From an uncultured bacterium (GTDB lineage Bacteria; Patescibacteriota; Minisyncoccia; Phycocordibacterales; Phycocordibacteraceae), in assembly GCA_903994795.1 (NCBI GenBank), contig CAJEYI010000001.1, positions 1-62,962 on the forward strand: DNA of 62,962 nucleotides, read 5' to 3'. A program made the position numbers and the translations under genes. Shown here in pieces: positions 1-10,184 of the stretch. The stretch's first letter is position 1. Every line of letters begins with the position of its first letter. The notes under the pieces are model-generated. The model was not told the DNA's origin. It worked only from the letters and a program-made list of their open reading frames with translations, and searched no databases.

Positions 1-136
1 AGAGGGTGGTGCAATTAGCCTGCGAACTTCGGTGCAATTAGGGTGAGAATTCACCTACCTTTGTTTGACTTATATTAAAATTAATGTACCATATTTTTGT
101 GGCAATTCGCCATCTTAGAAATGAGAAAGGCAAACG

Positions 137-760
137 ATGAACGTTGGTAAGGGTGAAATGACAGATCAGCAAGCACTTAAAAGGGTGCGTCGCATGGTTA
201 GTCGAGGAGAAATATATGCTCCGGCCATGCTGGGAATTCTTCGGAGGCTTCATGCTCCTGAAATATACGAGATGGCAGAGCTCCTAGTTTCGGACCAGAA
301 AGACCATCCAGAACGTTACACAAAGCTACCCCGCCCAAAACTTATACACATTGCAGTTCAGGTTTTAGAAGAAAGAGAGATACAATCCCAAATTCCACAA
401 CAGGTGTTAGTGGTAGCAGTATCAGGAGGAATTCCTTTTTCTTCTGCAAAACTTCTCACGAGACCACAACTAACCATCTACAATGATGGGAATCGAGTAT
501 ACGTGGGTAGGCAAAAACCGGAATTGAGGGATCCTTTCCTTTTTTCCCATCTATCCTATGAGCGTTTTTGCGGTGATGGGGAATATTTTAGAAATATCCG
601 TATTCAGCATCTTGGCCACAGCCATGGACTCCTCGGAGGAATAGCTCATATAAGAATTACGAGTTGTACAACTCGTTGGGATATCCATTGTGAAGCAGAG
701 AGATATTACTATCTGTACCAATCTGGAAGCTACCAACAATTGTATACTCACGATCTTTAG
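137..760 (+). CDS. hypothetical protein (start may be 158)
   Basis: 207-aa ORF with an upstream TTGACT..TACCAT promoter-like site and a downstream hairpin at about 839-872; no family recognised. Confidence 0.55.
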   Translation: MNVGKGEMTDQQALKRVRRMVSRGEIYAPAMLGILRRLHAPEIYEMAELLVSDQKDHPERYTKLPRPKLIHIAVQVLEEREIQSQIPQQVLVVAVSGGIPFSSAKLLTRPQLTIYNDGNRVYVGRQKPELRDPFLFSHLSYERFCGDGEYFRNIRIQHLGHSHGLLGGIAHIRITSCTTRWDIHCEAERYYYLYQSGSYQQLYTHDL

Positions 761-838
761 TTAACTTAATTATATAAATTCTTTCTAAAGGAGAAATGAT
801 GCATTGCAGATTTTCTCTTAATCCTCTACGGGATATGA

Positions 839-872
839 AAAAGCTACAGATAGAAATACTACTGTAGCTTTT
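839..872. terminator. inverted repeat, probable intrinsic terminator
   Basis: AAAAGCTACAG ... CTGTAGCTTTT. Confidence 0.6.
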
Positions 873-955
873 CGCGTATAGACATTCTCGCTTTGTCCAC
901 GTTGAGTTGGTATTTATTTAACTAATTAAATGTATTGCGCGCTATACTTTGTGTA

Positions 956-2707
956 ATGCATGTAGCTGAAACAGATTTAAAAACATTCATACTTGATTCG
1001 GGACTTGTATCTCGAAAGGATGTTGAGAGCGCAGAAACAAAAGCGAAAGAAGGGAAGCAGTCGATGGGAGACGTTCTCGTCTCAGAGGGGCTGCTTTCTT
1101 CGGATGCACTTCGACGTATACAAGCGTATGTCCTCGGCATACCGTTTGTGAATTTAAAGGATAGTAAATTGCCTATAGAAATCCTCTCGCTCATTCCTGA
1201 GCCAATTGCTCGTACGCACAACATCATTGCGTTTAAAAAGACTGAAAACAATCTCGAAGTTGCGATGCTTGATACGGAAGATCTTGCGGCTATAGATTCG
1301 GTTCGAAAAAAGACAGGCTTCACGATTCAGGCACGTCTCACAGACGAGGATTCAATTAAGCATGCACTCATGCAATACCAGAAGTCTCTCAAGGAAGAAT
1401 TCGGAGACCTGATAACAAAGGAGGCTGGAAATATTAAACTCGTAAAAGATACGAACGGGGAAGAGGTCTCAGGTGATGACCTTAAGAAAATGGCGGAGGA
1501 CTTACCTATTGTCCGTATCGTCGACACACTTCTTCGCCATGCAATCATCCAGGGTGCATCAGATGTGCATATTGAGCCTATGGAGGAGCAGGTGCTTGTG
1601 CGGTATCGAATTGATGGAATTCTGCATGACGCGATGACTCTTCCTAAAGAAGCTGCTCCGGGAATCACCGCACGCCTCAAGGTGCTTTCGAATTTGAAGC
1701 TCGACGAAAAACGCCTTCCACAAGACGGTCGCTTCAAAATGGAGACTGAGGTTGATAAGGTATCGTTTCGTGTGTCACTGCTTCCAACGTACTACGGAGA
1801 AAAGGTGGTGATGCGACTTTTGCGAGAAACCGGAGAGGGCTTCACACTTGAAGGTCTTGGTTTTCATGGAAGCTCACTTGAACGAATTCATGAAGCAATG
1901 AAGCAGACAACGGGCATCATTCTTATTTCTGGTCCGACTGGTTCTGGAAAAACAACAACGCTCTATACTGTGTTAGATATTTTGAACACACCAGATGTAA
2001 ACATCTCAACAGTTGAAGATCCTATCGAGTATCAGATGAAGCGCGTAAATCAAACGCAGGTAAATCCGGCGATAGGATTTACCTTTGCGAATGGGTTACG
2101 TGCCCTGCTTCGACAAGATCCAAACATCATCATGGTAGGAGAGATTCGTGATGCGGAGACAGCATCACTCGCAATTAACGCGGCTCTTACGGGACACCTC
2201 GTGCTTTCTACTATTCACACAAACAGTGCTGCTGGCGCGATACCTCGCCTTGTAGATATGGGAATCGAACCGTTCCTACTCGTCTCAACACTCCGTGTGG
2301 TTGTGGGTCAACGACTCACTCGACGGCTCACTGACTCAAAGGAGCAATATGCACTTGATAAATATTCACGAGCAAAACTGTTCCACGAAGAAAGTTACGA
2401 AGCCGTGCTTCGTGAACTCAAAGCAGAAAAACTGGTGAAGCCTGAAACAAAAATGGATGAGCTGCCGTTTTATCATCCGGCAGCAGGCCCTCAAGGAGAA
2501 GATGGGTACCACGGACGAATTGGTATACATGAAGTTCTGTCTGTGTCATCTGCAATTAAGGAGCTGATTTTGCACGGTGGAATTATAGATGATATTGAAA
2601 AGCAGGCACGATCTGAAGGAATGCTCACTATGCTCGAAGACGGAATCTATAAAGCAACTCGCGGAGTGACCTCGCTCGAAGAAGTTCTACGAGCTGTAAA
2701 GGAATAA
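956..2707 (+). CDS. pilB: type IV pilus assembly ATPase PilB/GspE family
   Basis: Walker A GPTGSGKTT, TVEDPIEY, LRQDPNIIMVGEIRD, TGHLVLSTIH; start set at MHVAE after a TATACT -10 box. Confidence 0.93.
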   Translation: MHVAETDLKTFILDSGLVSRKDVESAETKAKEGKQSMGDVLVSEGLLSSDALRRIQAYVLGIPFVNLKDSKLPIEILSLIPEPIARTHNIIAFKKTENNLEVAMLDTEDLAAIDSVRKKTGFTIQARLTDEDSIKHALMQYQKSLKEEFGDLITKEAGNIKLVKDTNGEEVSGDDLKKMAEDLPIVRIVDTLLRHAIIQGASDVHIEPMEEQVLVRYRIDGILHDAMTLPKEAAPGITARLKVLSNLKLDEKRLPQDGRFKMETEVDKVSFRVSLLPTYYGEKVVMRLLRETGEGFTLEGLGFHGSSLERIHEAMKQTTGIILISGPTGSGKTTTLYTVLDILNTPDVNISTVEDPIEYQMKRVNQTQVNPAIGFTFANGLRALLRQDPNIIMVGEIRDAETASLAINAALTGHLVLSTIHTNSAAGAIPRLVDMGIEPFLLVSTLRVVVGQRLTRRLTDSKEQYALDKYSRAKLFHEESYEAVLRELKAEKLVKPETKMDELPFYHPAAGPQGEDGYHGRIGIHEVLSVSSAIKELILHGGIIDDIEKQARSEGMLTMLEDGIYKATRGVTSLEEVLRAVKE

Positions 2708-2708
2708 T

Positions 2709-3920
2709 ATGAAGTTTCAAGTCGTACTTAAAAAGGCAGATGAATCAGAGGAGACTCGAACTATGGATGCCGCGTCGCGGTTTGAAATCTACGAATCGGT
2801 TCAAAAAGAAGGGGCTAGTGTTGTCTCGATCACCGAGGGACATAGTTCAGGAATGGCCTGGATGGATATCACAATTGGGAGTGGTGTAAAAACCCTTGAA
2901 CGCATTACCTTTACCAAAAACCTTTCTGCGATGTTAAATGCTGGGCTTAGTCTTTCTCGTGCCTTAAATGTTATCGAGCGACAGTCAGGAAATAAAGTAC
3001 TTAAGAAAATTGTTGCCGACTTACAAGAACGAATCAAATCAGGGATGTCATTTCATGAAGCATTGGCAATACATGCAAATATTTTCCCAAAACTTTTCAT
3101 TGCAATGACCAAGGCGGGGGAAGAAGGGGGGACATTGTCTGAAACACTTAAGACAGTGGCGAAACAAATGGACAGATCAGAGACACTCAACAAGAAAGTG
3201 AAGGGCGCAATGATTTATCCGATGATTATATTGTTTGCCATTTTGGTGATAGGAATCTTAATGTTGATATTTGTCGTGCCTACACTTGCTTCAACGTTTG
3301 GTTCTCTTGGCGCGAAGCTACCACTCTCCACCAGAATTATTCTCGGAGCTTCGAATTTCACAACGCATAATGCAGGAATCGTTCTTGGAGGTCTTGCAGT
3401 ACTCATAGTGGGCGGGGCGCTATTTTTTAGAACGAAAAGAGGTAAGGCACTCGTATTGTTTTCTTCGTTACGCTTGCCAGTTATTGGGGAGCTCGTAAAA
3501 GAAACAATGAGTGCACGAACAGCACGAACGCTTTCATCACTGCTGTCCTCAGGAGTCGAAATGCTAAATGCGCTTTCGATTACTGGAGAAGTTGTGGGAG
3601 ATAATATCTTTGGGAAAGTAATTGCAGAAGCAGAAGCAGGTGTACAAAAAGGTGAGCCGCTTTCAAAGTCATTTATTGAACATCCAAAGCTCTACCCGAT
3701 TTTCTTTAGTGACATGGTCAGCGTTGGAGAAGAGACAGGAAAAGTTTCAGATATGTTGGGTCAGATTGCTGACTACTATGAGACTGACGTTGAAGATCAA
3801 ACAAAAGATCTTTCTACAATAATTGAACCGCTACTCATGCTCTTTATAGGAGCGTTCGTTGGAGTCTTTGCCATCTCGATGATTGCACCTATCTACTCAC
3901 TTTCTTCATCAATTAAGTAG
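2709..3920 (+). CDS. pilC: type IV pilus platform protein PilC/GspF family
   Basis: two T2SSF repeats (AGEEGGTL, VGEETGK), KVKGAMIYP, IIEPLL; directly follows pilB. Confidence 0.93.
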   Translation: MKFQVVLKKADESEETRTMDAASRFEIYESVQKEGASVVSITEGHSSGMAWMDITIGSGVKTLERITFTKNLSAMLNAGLSLSRALNVIERQSGNKVLKKIVADLQERIKSGMSFHEALAIHANIFPKLFIAMTKAGEEGGTLSETLKTVAKQMDRSETLNKKVKGAMIYPMIILFAILVIGILMLIFVVPTLASTFGSLGAKLPLSTRIILGASNFTTHNAGIVLGGLAVLIVGGALFFRTKRGKALVLFSSLRLPVIGELVKETMSARTARTLSSLLSSGVEMLNALSITGEVVGDNIFGKVIAEAEAGVQKGEPLSKSFIEHPKLYPIFFSDMVSVGEETGKVSDMLGQIADYYETDVEDQTKDLSTIIEPLLMLFIGAFVGVFAISMIAPIYSLSSSIK

Positions 3921-3942
3921 GTGGCGCGGTATTATAGAAGTA

Positions 3943-5664
3943 ATGGTTTCTTTGCAAAGCCCACGAGGCATGACGTTGATAGATGTGGTGATTGGCACCG
4001 CGCTCGTTGTCATTATATTTTCAGGATTGTTTGCGACGTTACTTGCATCGATAAAGTTGTCTACTTATGTAAAACAGGAAGCGGCTGCAGACGCTGTTGC
4101 AAATAACCAAATGGAATTCATACGATCACTTTCATACGATCAAATCGGAACTGTAGGGGGTATTCCGAGTGGTGTTGTTCAGCCAACCAGCACCATTACT
4201 CAAGACGGTACGCAGTACGGTGTCACTACATTTATTGAGTACTATGATGATCCGGCAGATGGAACGAATGCAAATGATACAAATGGCATTACGACTGACT
4301 ACAAGAAGGTAAAGATTACAGTGAATTATCAAACCCAAAATGGATTTAAGCAACAGATACTTGCTTCAATGTTTGCGCCACAAGGGGTTGAGACAACTAC
4401 GGGTGGTGGTACGCTCCAAATACTCACTGTAGATTCGGCTGGGGCACCACTCGCAAATGCAGTTGTGCACATTGTAAATTCAGCAATTTCTCCCGCTGTT
4501 GATCTTACTGCGTACTCAGACCGCTATGGCTCAGTTAATTTGCCAGGTGCAGTCGCGTCTTCACAGTATCAAGTAACGGTCTCTAGATATTCGACTTATT
4601 CATCTGCGCGTACATATGCTCGTGATTCAACAAACCAAAACCCAACCCCTGGCTATCTGACCGTGGCAGCGAATCATACTACTACTGGAACATTTGCGAT
4701 TGATTTATTAGCAAATCTAATTGTGAACACGTTCTCGCCAATGGCCACGAGCACCTTTAGTGATACCTTTTCCGACGCGTCAAAAATTAGCTCAAACTCA
4801 GATACTGTAGTTGGTTCTGGTGCAGTCACTCTTTCAAGAATCTCTGGGAATTATGTCTCGAGCGGCAGTGCGGTCACTACCTCTATATCTCCCGCATATC
4901 TTGCTTCGTGGGGTTCATTAGCAGCAACACTTGCGTTGCCTGCTGGGACAGATGCTTCAATACAAATTCTAGATCAGGCAGGAACACCATTGCCCGAAGG
5001 TGTGCTTTCCGGCAATGGTGCAGGGTTTAGGATATTTCCTGTAGATTTGTCCGGTGTTTCAACAACAACATATCCGTCACTCATGCTTTCAGTAAATATG
5101 TCTTCATCTGATCCTACGGTTACACCATCTCTGACTGCATGGAGTTTGCCGGCGCGTGTGGGCCCAATCCCATTACCAAATGTTGGGTTTACCCTGACAG
5201 GAGCGAAGACTGTGGGGTCAACAGGAACCGGTGCGCCGATTTACAAAACAACCGTAACCACAACTACTTCATCAGCAGGTACAAAAACACTGCCTCTCGA
5301 ATGGGATTCTTATGCACTGTCTGTCCCCGGGTATGATGTGGTGGATGCTTGTGCGGCACCTCCGTATGCACTTACCGCTGGTTCAACAAACAGCGCATCA
5401 CTTATACTCGACACACACACGACTAATTCGTTGCTTGTGACTGTAACTGATTCATCTGGAGTGGTTGTGCCGAATGCAACAGTCACACTCAGTCGATCTG
5501 GGTATTCTGCTACGGTTCAAACCTCTGCGTGTGGTACTGCATACTTTGGAAACATAGGGTCTGCAATAGATTACGGAGTCACAATTTCAAAAACAGGATA
5601 CACTTCAGTTACATCGAATGGAGTATCTGTCCATGGTGAGCAATTTTATGAAGAGTCATTTTAA
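3943..5664 (+). CDS. large prepilin-type protein with carboxypeptidase-regulatory-like/Ig-like beta domains (PilV-like)
   Basis: class III signal RG|MTLIDVVIG plus hydrophobic helix; Ser/Thr-rich beta domains (VTVTDSSGVVVPNATVTL). Confidence 0.8.
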   Translation: MVSLQSPRGMTLIDVVIGTALVVIIFSGLFATLLASIKLSTYVKQEAAADAVANNQMEFIRSLSYDQIGTVGGIPSGVVQPTSTITQDGTQYGVTTFIEYYDDPADGTNANDTNGITTDYKKVKITVNYQTQNGFKQQILASMFAPQGVETTTGGGTLQILTVDSAGAPLANAVVHIVNSAISPAVDLTAYSDRYGSVNLPGAVASSQYQVTVSRYSTYSSARTYARDSTNQNPTPGYLTVAANHTTTGTFAIDLLANLIVNTFSPMATSTFSDTFSDASKISSNSDTVVGSGAVTLSRISGNYVSSGSAVTTSISPAYLASWGSLAATLALPAGTDASIQILDQAGTPLPEGVLSGNGAGFRIFPVDLSGVSTTTYPSLMLSVNMSSSDPTVTPSLTAWSLPARVGPIPLPNVGFTLTGAKTVGSTGTGAPIYKTTVTTTTSSAGTKTLPLEWDSYALSVPGYDVVDACAAPPYALTAGSTNSASLILDTHTTNSLLVTVTDSSGVVVPNATVTLSRSGYSATVQTSACGTAYFGNIGSAIDYGVTISKTGYTSVTSNGVSVHGEQFYEESF

Positions 5665-6256
5665 TCTTACTTCTGCGTTTACATTGATCGAAACAATGAC
5701 AGTCATTGCGATAACCACCATTGTGGGCGGAGCGCTTTCAATGATGATTCTGAATTTCTATCGGACGAATAGTTACGTTCTTCAGGAAAGCGCTGCTGTC
5801 CAAAGCGCACGTCAAGGACTTGGTGTGGCACTACAGAATTTACGAGAAGCTTCATATGGGGCAGACGGCTCATATCCAATTCAATCCGCAACTAATTCTT
5901 CAATAACTTTTTTCGCAGATACAAATAGTGACGGGGTGGTCGAACGGGTTCAATACACTCTTACCTCTGGGACTCTTTATAAAACGGTTACTACTCCTAA
6001 TGGGAACCCTCCAACATATAATGGGCAGCCACAAATCACCACGATAATTGCGACGTACCTAATTAATAATGCCGGCACTCCATTATTTGCGTATACAGAT
6101 TCATCTGGGAATCCAATTTCCACAGCAACGACAGTGGACACATCGCAAATCGAAACTGTAACAGCGACATTGAAAGTGGATGTAGATGTAAGTAGGTCCC
6201 CTGCACCGTATACTTTAAATAGCACTATTGCATTACGGAACTTACGCGGACAATAA
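5648..6256 (+). CDS. minor pilin / pseudopilin (PilW/GspJ-like)
   Basis: SA|FTLIETMTVIAI N-terminus; C-terminal LRNL typical of this class. Confidence 0.8.
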   Translation: MKSHFNLTSAFTLIETMTVIAITTIVGGALSMMILNFYRTNSYVLQESAAVQSARQGLGVALQNLREASYGADGSYPIQSATNSSITFFADTNSDGVVERVQYTLTSGTLYKTVTTPNGNPPTYNGQPQITTIIATYLINNAGTPLFAYTDSSGNPISTATTVDTSQIETVTATLKVDVDVSRSPAPYTLNSTIALRNLRGQ

Positions 6257-6257
6257 T

Positions 6258-7745
6258 ATGTACAAACAACCACCACGAGGATACCTTATACTGCTTGCGC
6301 TTGTCTTTGGTGCAATTTTCGTTACGGTCCTAGGTGCACTAAGTAGTGTATTGATTTCGCAAAATAACCGCCAAAATGAAGTACAGGCCCGAAGCAAAAC
6401 ATTTAGTGCGGCAGAGGCTGGTCTTGAGTATTACAGGTGGCACTTGTCGCATTTTCCGACTGATTTACAAAATGGCACAGGGCATGCGGGCCCATACACT
6501 ATGGCATTTAATGATCCTGTTACTGGATATTCGTATGGATCTTATCAGTTATCTATAGCAGGGAACACGTCTTGTGGACAAACAACCTCAATCGATATTA
6601 CCTCCAAGGGTTCTTATTATAATGAGCCAGCAGGATCTGCAGTGACACTCTTTGCTCGATACGCGCTCCCTACGGTCGCGCTTTATTCATACGTAGTAAA
6701 CAACAGTGTATGGGCTGGTGCAGACAGGACAATTTACGGCCCGTATCACTCAAATGGCGGTATTCGTATGGACGGCACTGCCAATGCTCCTGTCACGAGC
6801 TCTCTTTCATCATGGCTCTGTACTTCCGGATTTGGTTGTAATTCAGATACAACTGAAAATGGTGTCTTTGGTGCTGGACCGAATCAGAACTTGTGGAGCT
6901 ATCCTACGCCGCAAGTAGATTTTTCTGCAATTTCTGCAAATTTCACATCACTTAGAACTGCCGCTCAGTCCTACGGTTTGTATTTGCCGCGGTATAGTTC
7001 TGGAACAGGTGTAAGTAATGCCTCGAGTCGTGGGTACCACTTGATATTCAATAGTAATGGAACTGTTACGGTAAAGACCGTGAGCAGTGAGACAAATGTG
7101 CCCTCGATTCCAATTGATAATCCATCAAATGTAACAACACCTCAAACGGATTACTCATTAATAAATACTGAATCAAATTATTCTTCAGTCCCTGCAAAAG
7201 TCACCAATGGTACATATACAATTCCAGCGAGCTGCGGACTTATCTTTGTTGAAGACAATGTCTGGATAGAAGGTGCCATTCCTTCTAAAATTACAGTTGT
7301 TGCTGCAAATGTAACAACTTCAGGCGTCAATCCAAATATTCTCCTTCCTGGTAATATCACCTACACAAATGCCACAGGTGCATCAGGCCTTACCGCTATA
7401 AGTGCAAACGATATCCTTATTACACCAAACTCACCAGACACAATGACGCTTAACGGTGTGTTTGTGGCACAAAGTGGTGCTTTTGGAAGAAATTACTATG
7501 GTGAAAGTTCTAATGGTCATGTGACTTGTCCCAATTCCTACGAACCGCGGACAACTCTAACTATTCATGGCACAACCGTATCAAATAAACGTACTGGTAC
7601 GAAATGGGTTGGTGGATGTTCGTCAGGAGATGCTGGGTATCAGACGCGTATTGATGCATTTGATCGATTGCTTTCGACAAATCCACCGCCATTTACACCA
7701 ACTGTTTCAAATACGTATCAATTCGTTGATTGGAGGCAGCAATAG
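6258..7745 (+). CDS. PilX/GspK-like minor pilin
   Basis: RG|YLILLALVFGAIF with no Glu5, AAEAGLEY motif, GPYHSNGGIR, C-terminal PPPFTP..WRQ. Confidence 0.8.
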   Translation: MYKQPPRGYLILLALVFGAIFVTVLGALSSVLISQNNRQNEVQARSKTFSAAEAGLEYYRWHLSHFPTDLQNGTGHAGPYTMAFNDPVTGYSYGSYQLSIAGNTSCGQTTSIDITSKGSYYNEPAGSAVTLFARYALPTVALYSYVVNNSVWAGADRTIYGPYHSNGGIRMDGTANAPVTSSLSSWLCTSGFGCNSDTTENGVFGAGPNQNLWSYPTPQVDFSAISANFTSLRTAAQSYGLYLPRYSSGTGVSNASSRGYHLIFNSNGTVTVKTVSSETNVPSIPIDNPSNVTTPQTDYSLINTESNYSSVPAKVTNGTYTIPASCGLIFVEDNVWIEGAIPSKITVVAANVTTSGVNPNILLPGNITYTNATGASGLTAISANDILITPNSPDTMTLNGVFVAQSGAFGRNYYGESSNGHVTCPNSYEPRTTLTIHGTTVSNKRTGTKWVGGCSSGDAGYQTRIDAFDRLLSTNPPPFTPTVSNTYQFVDWRQQ

Positions 7746-7784
7746 CTCTTCCGAAAAGTAGCTGGTATCTGGTACACTAGCAAG

Positions 7785-8120
7785 ATGAATCTTGGAAGCG
7801 ATCATCTACAGTTGCGCAAGCGACTATACAAAAATCTTGAGCCGTACCCTCATCCTGAAGTATTTAAAAGGAATTTCGATCACGTAATGTTCGCAATAGG
7901 AACATTTGCTCCAGTCGCGCTCTTGCCACAAATCTTTCGCATTTTTGTATATAAGGATGTCGCAGGGTTATCAATATGGACGTGGATCTTCCTTGGCATG
8001 ATAAATGCCATGTGGGCTTTGTACGGATACCTGCATAAAGAAAAGCCAATTTTAGTGGCAAACTCTGGGATGGCATTCTTCGACTTCCTCATTTTGTTTG
8101 GAATTTTACTTTTCCGATAG
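7785..8120 (+). CDS. SemiSWEET / PQ-loop family small transporter
   Basis: three hydrophobic segments, LPQ motif, GLS, W.LYG, P..VAN. Confidence 0.75.
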   Translation: MNLGSDHLQLRKRLYKNLEPYPHPEVFKRNFDHVMFAIGTFAPVALLPQIFRIFVYKDVAGLSIWTWIFLGMINAMWALYGYLHKEKPILVANSGMAFFDFLILFGILLFR

Positions 8121-8153
8121 TCGTCATTGGCGAGTGCGTGGTAGCATAGAGGT

Positions 8154-8897
8154 ATGCTTATCGTTGGAAATTGGAAGGCGTATGTAGAATCACAGTTAAA
8201 AGCAAAGGCACTCTTTGCTACGGCAAAGCGCTTGTCTGCACAGCATGATACAGAAATCGTACTCGCAGTTCCTACTCCGTACCTTGGTTTACTGTCTCCA
8301 TCTAATCGATCGAAGGTTGCATTTGCTGCGCAAAACATTTCTGCTGGTACCGGAGGAGCGGCAACCGGTGAAGTAACAGCTGCATTACTTAAGGAATTAG
8401 GGGTCACGTACACACTTGTCGGGCACTCCGAGCGCAGAGCGCTCGGAGAAACAGATGAGATGGTATCTGATAAGGTTCGCCACGCACATGCAAATCAGAT
8501 CATCCCTATAGTCTGTGTAGGAGAAAAAGAACGTGATCCTGATGCGCATTACTTACAGCTACTTCGTGCGCAAATTCACGCAGTCTTTGAACCACTTGCA
8601 CAGAAGGAACGTCAACAGACCATTCTTGCGTATGAACCGATTTGGGCAATTGGAAAGACTGCATCTGAAGCGATGTCGCCACGTGACCTTACAGAAATGA
8701 CGCTCTACATACGAAAGGTTCTCGGTGAATATCTTCCTGGACGTAGCGCATTGAAAGTGAAGCTTTTGTATGGTGGATCAGTCGAACCAAGTAATATTCG
8801 TTCACTCGCAGAGGGGACTGGGGTGGATGGTTTTCTACCAGGTCATGCAAGTGCAGATAGTGATATTTTTAGTGCACTTGTTAAAGCTTTAAAATAA
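8154..8897 (+). CDS. tpiA: triosephosphate isomerase
   Basis: GNWK, GHSERR, AYEPIWAIG, LYGGSV. Confidence 0.95.
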   Translation: MLIVGNWKAYVESQLKAKALFATAKRLSAQHDTEIVLAVPTPYLGLLSPSNRSKVAFAAQNISAGTGGAATGEVTAALLKELGVTYTLVGHSERRALGETDEMVSDKVRHAHANQIIPIVCVGEKERDPDAHYLQLLRAQIHAVFEPLAQKERQQTILAYEPIWAIGKTASEAMSPRDLTEMTLYIRKVLGEYLPGRSALKVKLLYGGSVEPSNIRSLAEGTGVDGFLPGHASADSDIFSALVKALK

Positions 8898-8900
8898 ATC

Positions 8901-10043
8901 ATGAGAACAGTACGAGATATTTCAATACTTGATTCAATTCCGGTATTAGTGCGAGCAGCACTCAATGTGCCAGTTGCAAATGGAAGGGTCACAAACACAT
9001 TTCGCCTACGAAAAGCTATCCCTACTATCGAATATCTTCAAAAAAAGCATGCACGCGTGATTTTAATAGGACATCTCGGAGAGCTTGGAACTGAAACACT
9101 GCAGCCAGTCTATGAAGCAATGAAGGAATTCATACCAAAACTTCAGTTTTGTCCTGTGACGACCGGAGAGGTGGCGCGAGACGCAGTACGAAAACTTCCT
9201 GCGGGTGGGGTGCTTATGCTTGAGAATTTGCGGCGAGACAAGGGAGAAGTTGCAAACAACACAATCTTTGCGAAAGCTCTTGCTGAATTTGCTGATGTAT
9301 TTGTCGAAGATTCGTTCGATGTGTGTCATCGTTCGCACGCATCTGTTGTGGGAATACCACTGTTCTTGCCTTCATATGCAGGATTGCTCGTAGAAGAAGA
9401 AGTGCGCGAACTTACAAAGGCACTTACACCATCGCATCCTGCGGTCGCAGTCATTGGTGGTGCAAAATTTTCAACAAAAGAGCCGGTTATAACAAAGCTC
9501 CTTGAATCATACGATCGTGTGTTTGTAGGTGGTGCGCTAGGAAACGATTTCACAAAAGCCATGGGGTATGACGTAGGGGCGTCACTTGTATCGAGTGCTG
9601 ATTCTAAAGTCATCAAGAGTCTACTCGGAAACAGAAAACTCGCCGTGCCACTTGATGCAGTAGTCGGGCATGCTGAAGCAAAAAAGCAGGAAGGGCATGT
9701 AGTCTCGCTCGATAGTATTCAGAAAGACGAAGTAATCCATGACGATGGGCCAAAAACGAGTGCAATGCTTGAGAAGATTGTGAAAGATGCGAAGACCGTG
9801 CTCTGGAATGGGCCGCTTGGAAATTATGAGAATGGTTACACTGATGCTACATTTGCGCTTGCGCGAGTAATAGCAAAAAGTTCAGCTCACTCCATAATTG
9901 GCGGAGGAGACACGGATGCGGCAATTGAGGAGCTCGGCATGCGAGATAAGTTTTCTTTTATCTCTACTGGAGGAGGTGCGATGCTGGATTTCATAGCGAA
10001 AGGAACGCTCCCAGGACTTCAGGCCTTGGAGCTGGGCACATAA
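8901..10043 (+). CDS. pgk: phosphoglycerate kinase
   Basis: LENLR, HRSHAS, GGAK, WNGPLG, GGGDT, ISTGGGA. Confidence 0.93.
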   Translation: MRTVRDISILDSIPVLVRAALNVPVANGRVTNTFRLRKAIPTIEYLQKKHARVILIGHLGELGTETLQPVYEAMKEFIPKLQFCPVTTGEVARDAVRKLPAGGVLMLENLRRDKGEVANNTIFAKALAEFADVFVEDSFDVCHRSHASVVGIPLFLPSYAGLLVEEEVRELTKALTPSHPAVAVIGGAKFSTKEPVITKLLESYDRVFVGGALGNDFTKAMGYDVGASLVSSADSKVIKSLLGNRKLAVPLDAVVGHAEAKKQEGHVVSLDSIQKDEVIHDDGPKTSAMLEKIVKDAKTVLWNGPLGNYENGYTDATFALARVIAKSSAHSIIGGGDTDAAIEELGMRDKFSFISTGGGAMLDFIAKGTLPGLQALELGT

Positions 10044-10085
10044 ATAGTCTAAGTTGACGAGCAATTCCAGAGGAGTATTATTTCA

Positions 10086-10184
10086 GTATGTCTGTAGGCG
10101 AAAGCCTTGTTCAGCCTCTAGTATTAAGCTGATAAGCAGACCAAATGAACTGAGCCCTCTTTATGAGGGCTCAGTTCATTTGGT
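10086..10184 (+). ncRNA. candidate small structured RNA convergent with the 10176-10571 gene
   Basis: TTGACG(10054)-N16-TATTAT(10076) promoter; three-way junction GTCTG/CAGAC, AGGC-GAAA-GCCT, TCAGC/GCTGA; ends in a perfect 20-bp hairpin 10140-10184. Confidence 0.5.

Noticed and set aside
8..41. Direct repeat GGTGCAATTAG, two copies, possibly a CRISPR end or operator
   Set aside because: Only two 11-nt copies with a 12-nt spacer at the window edge, and no cas genes
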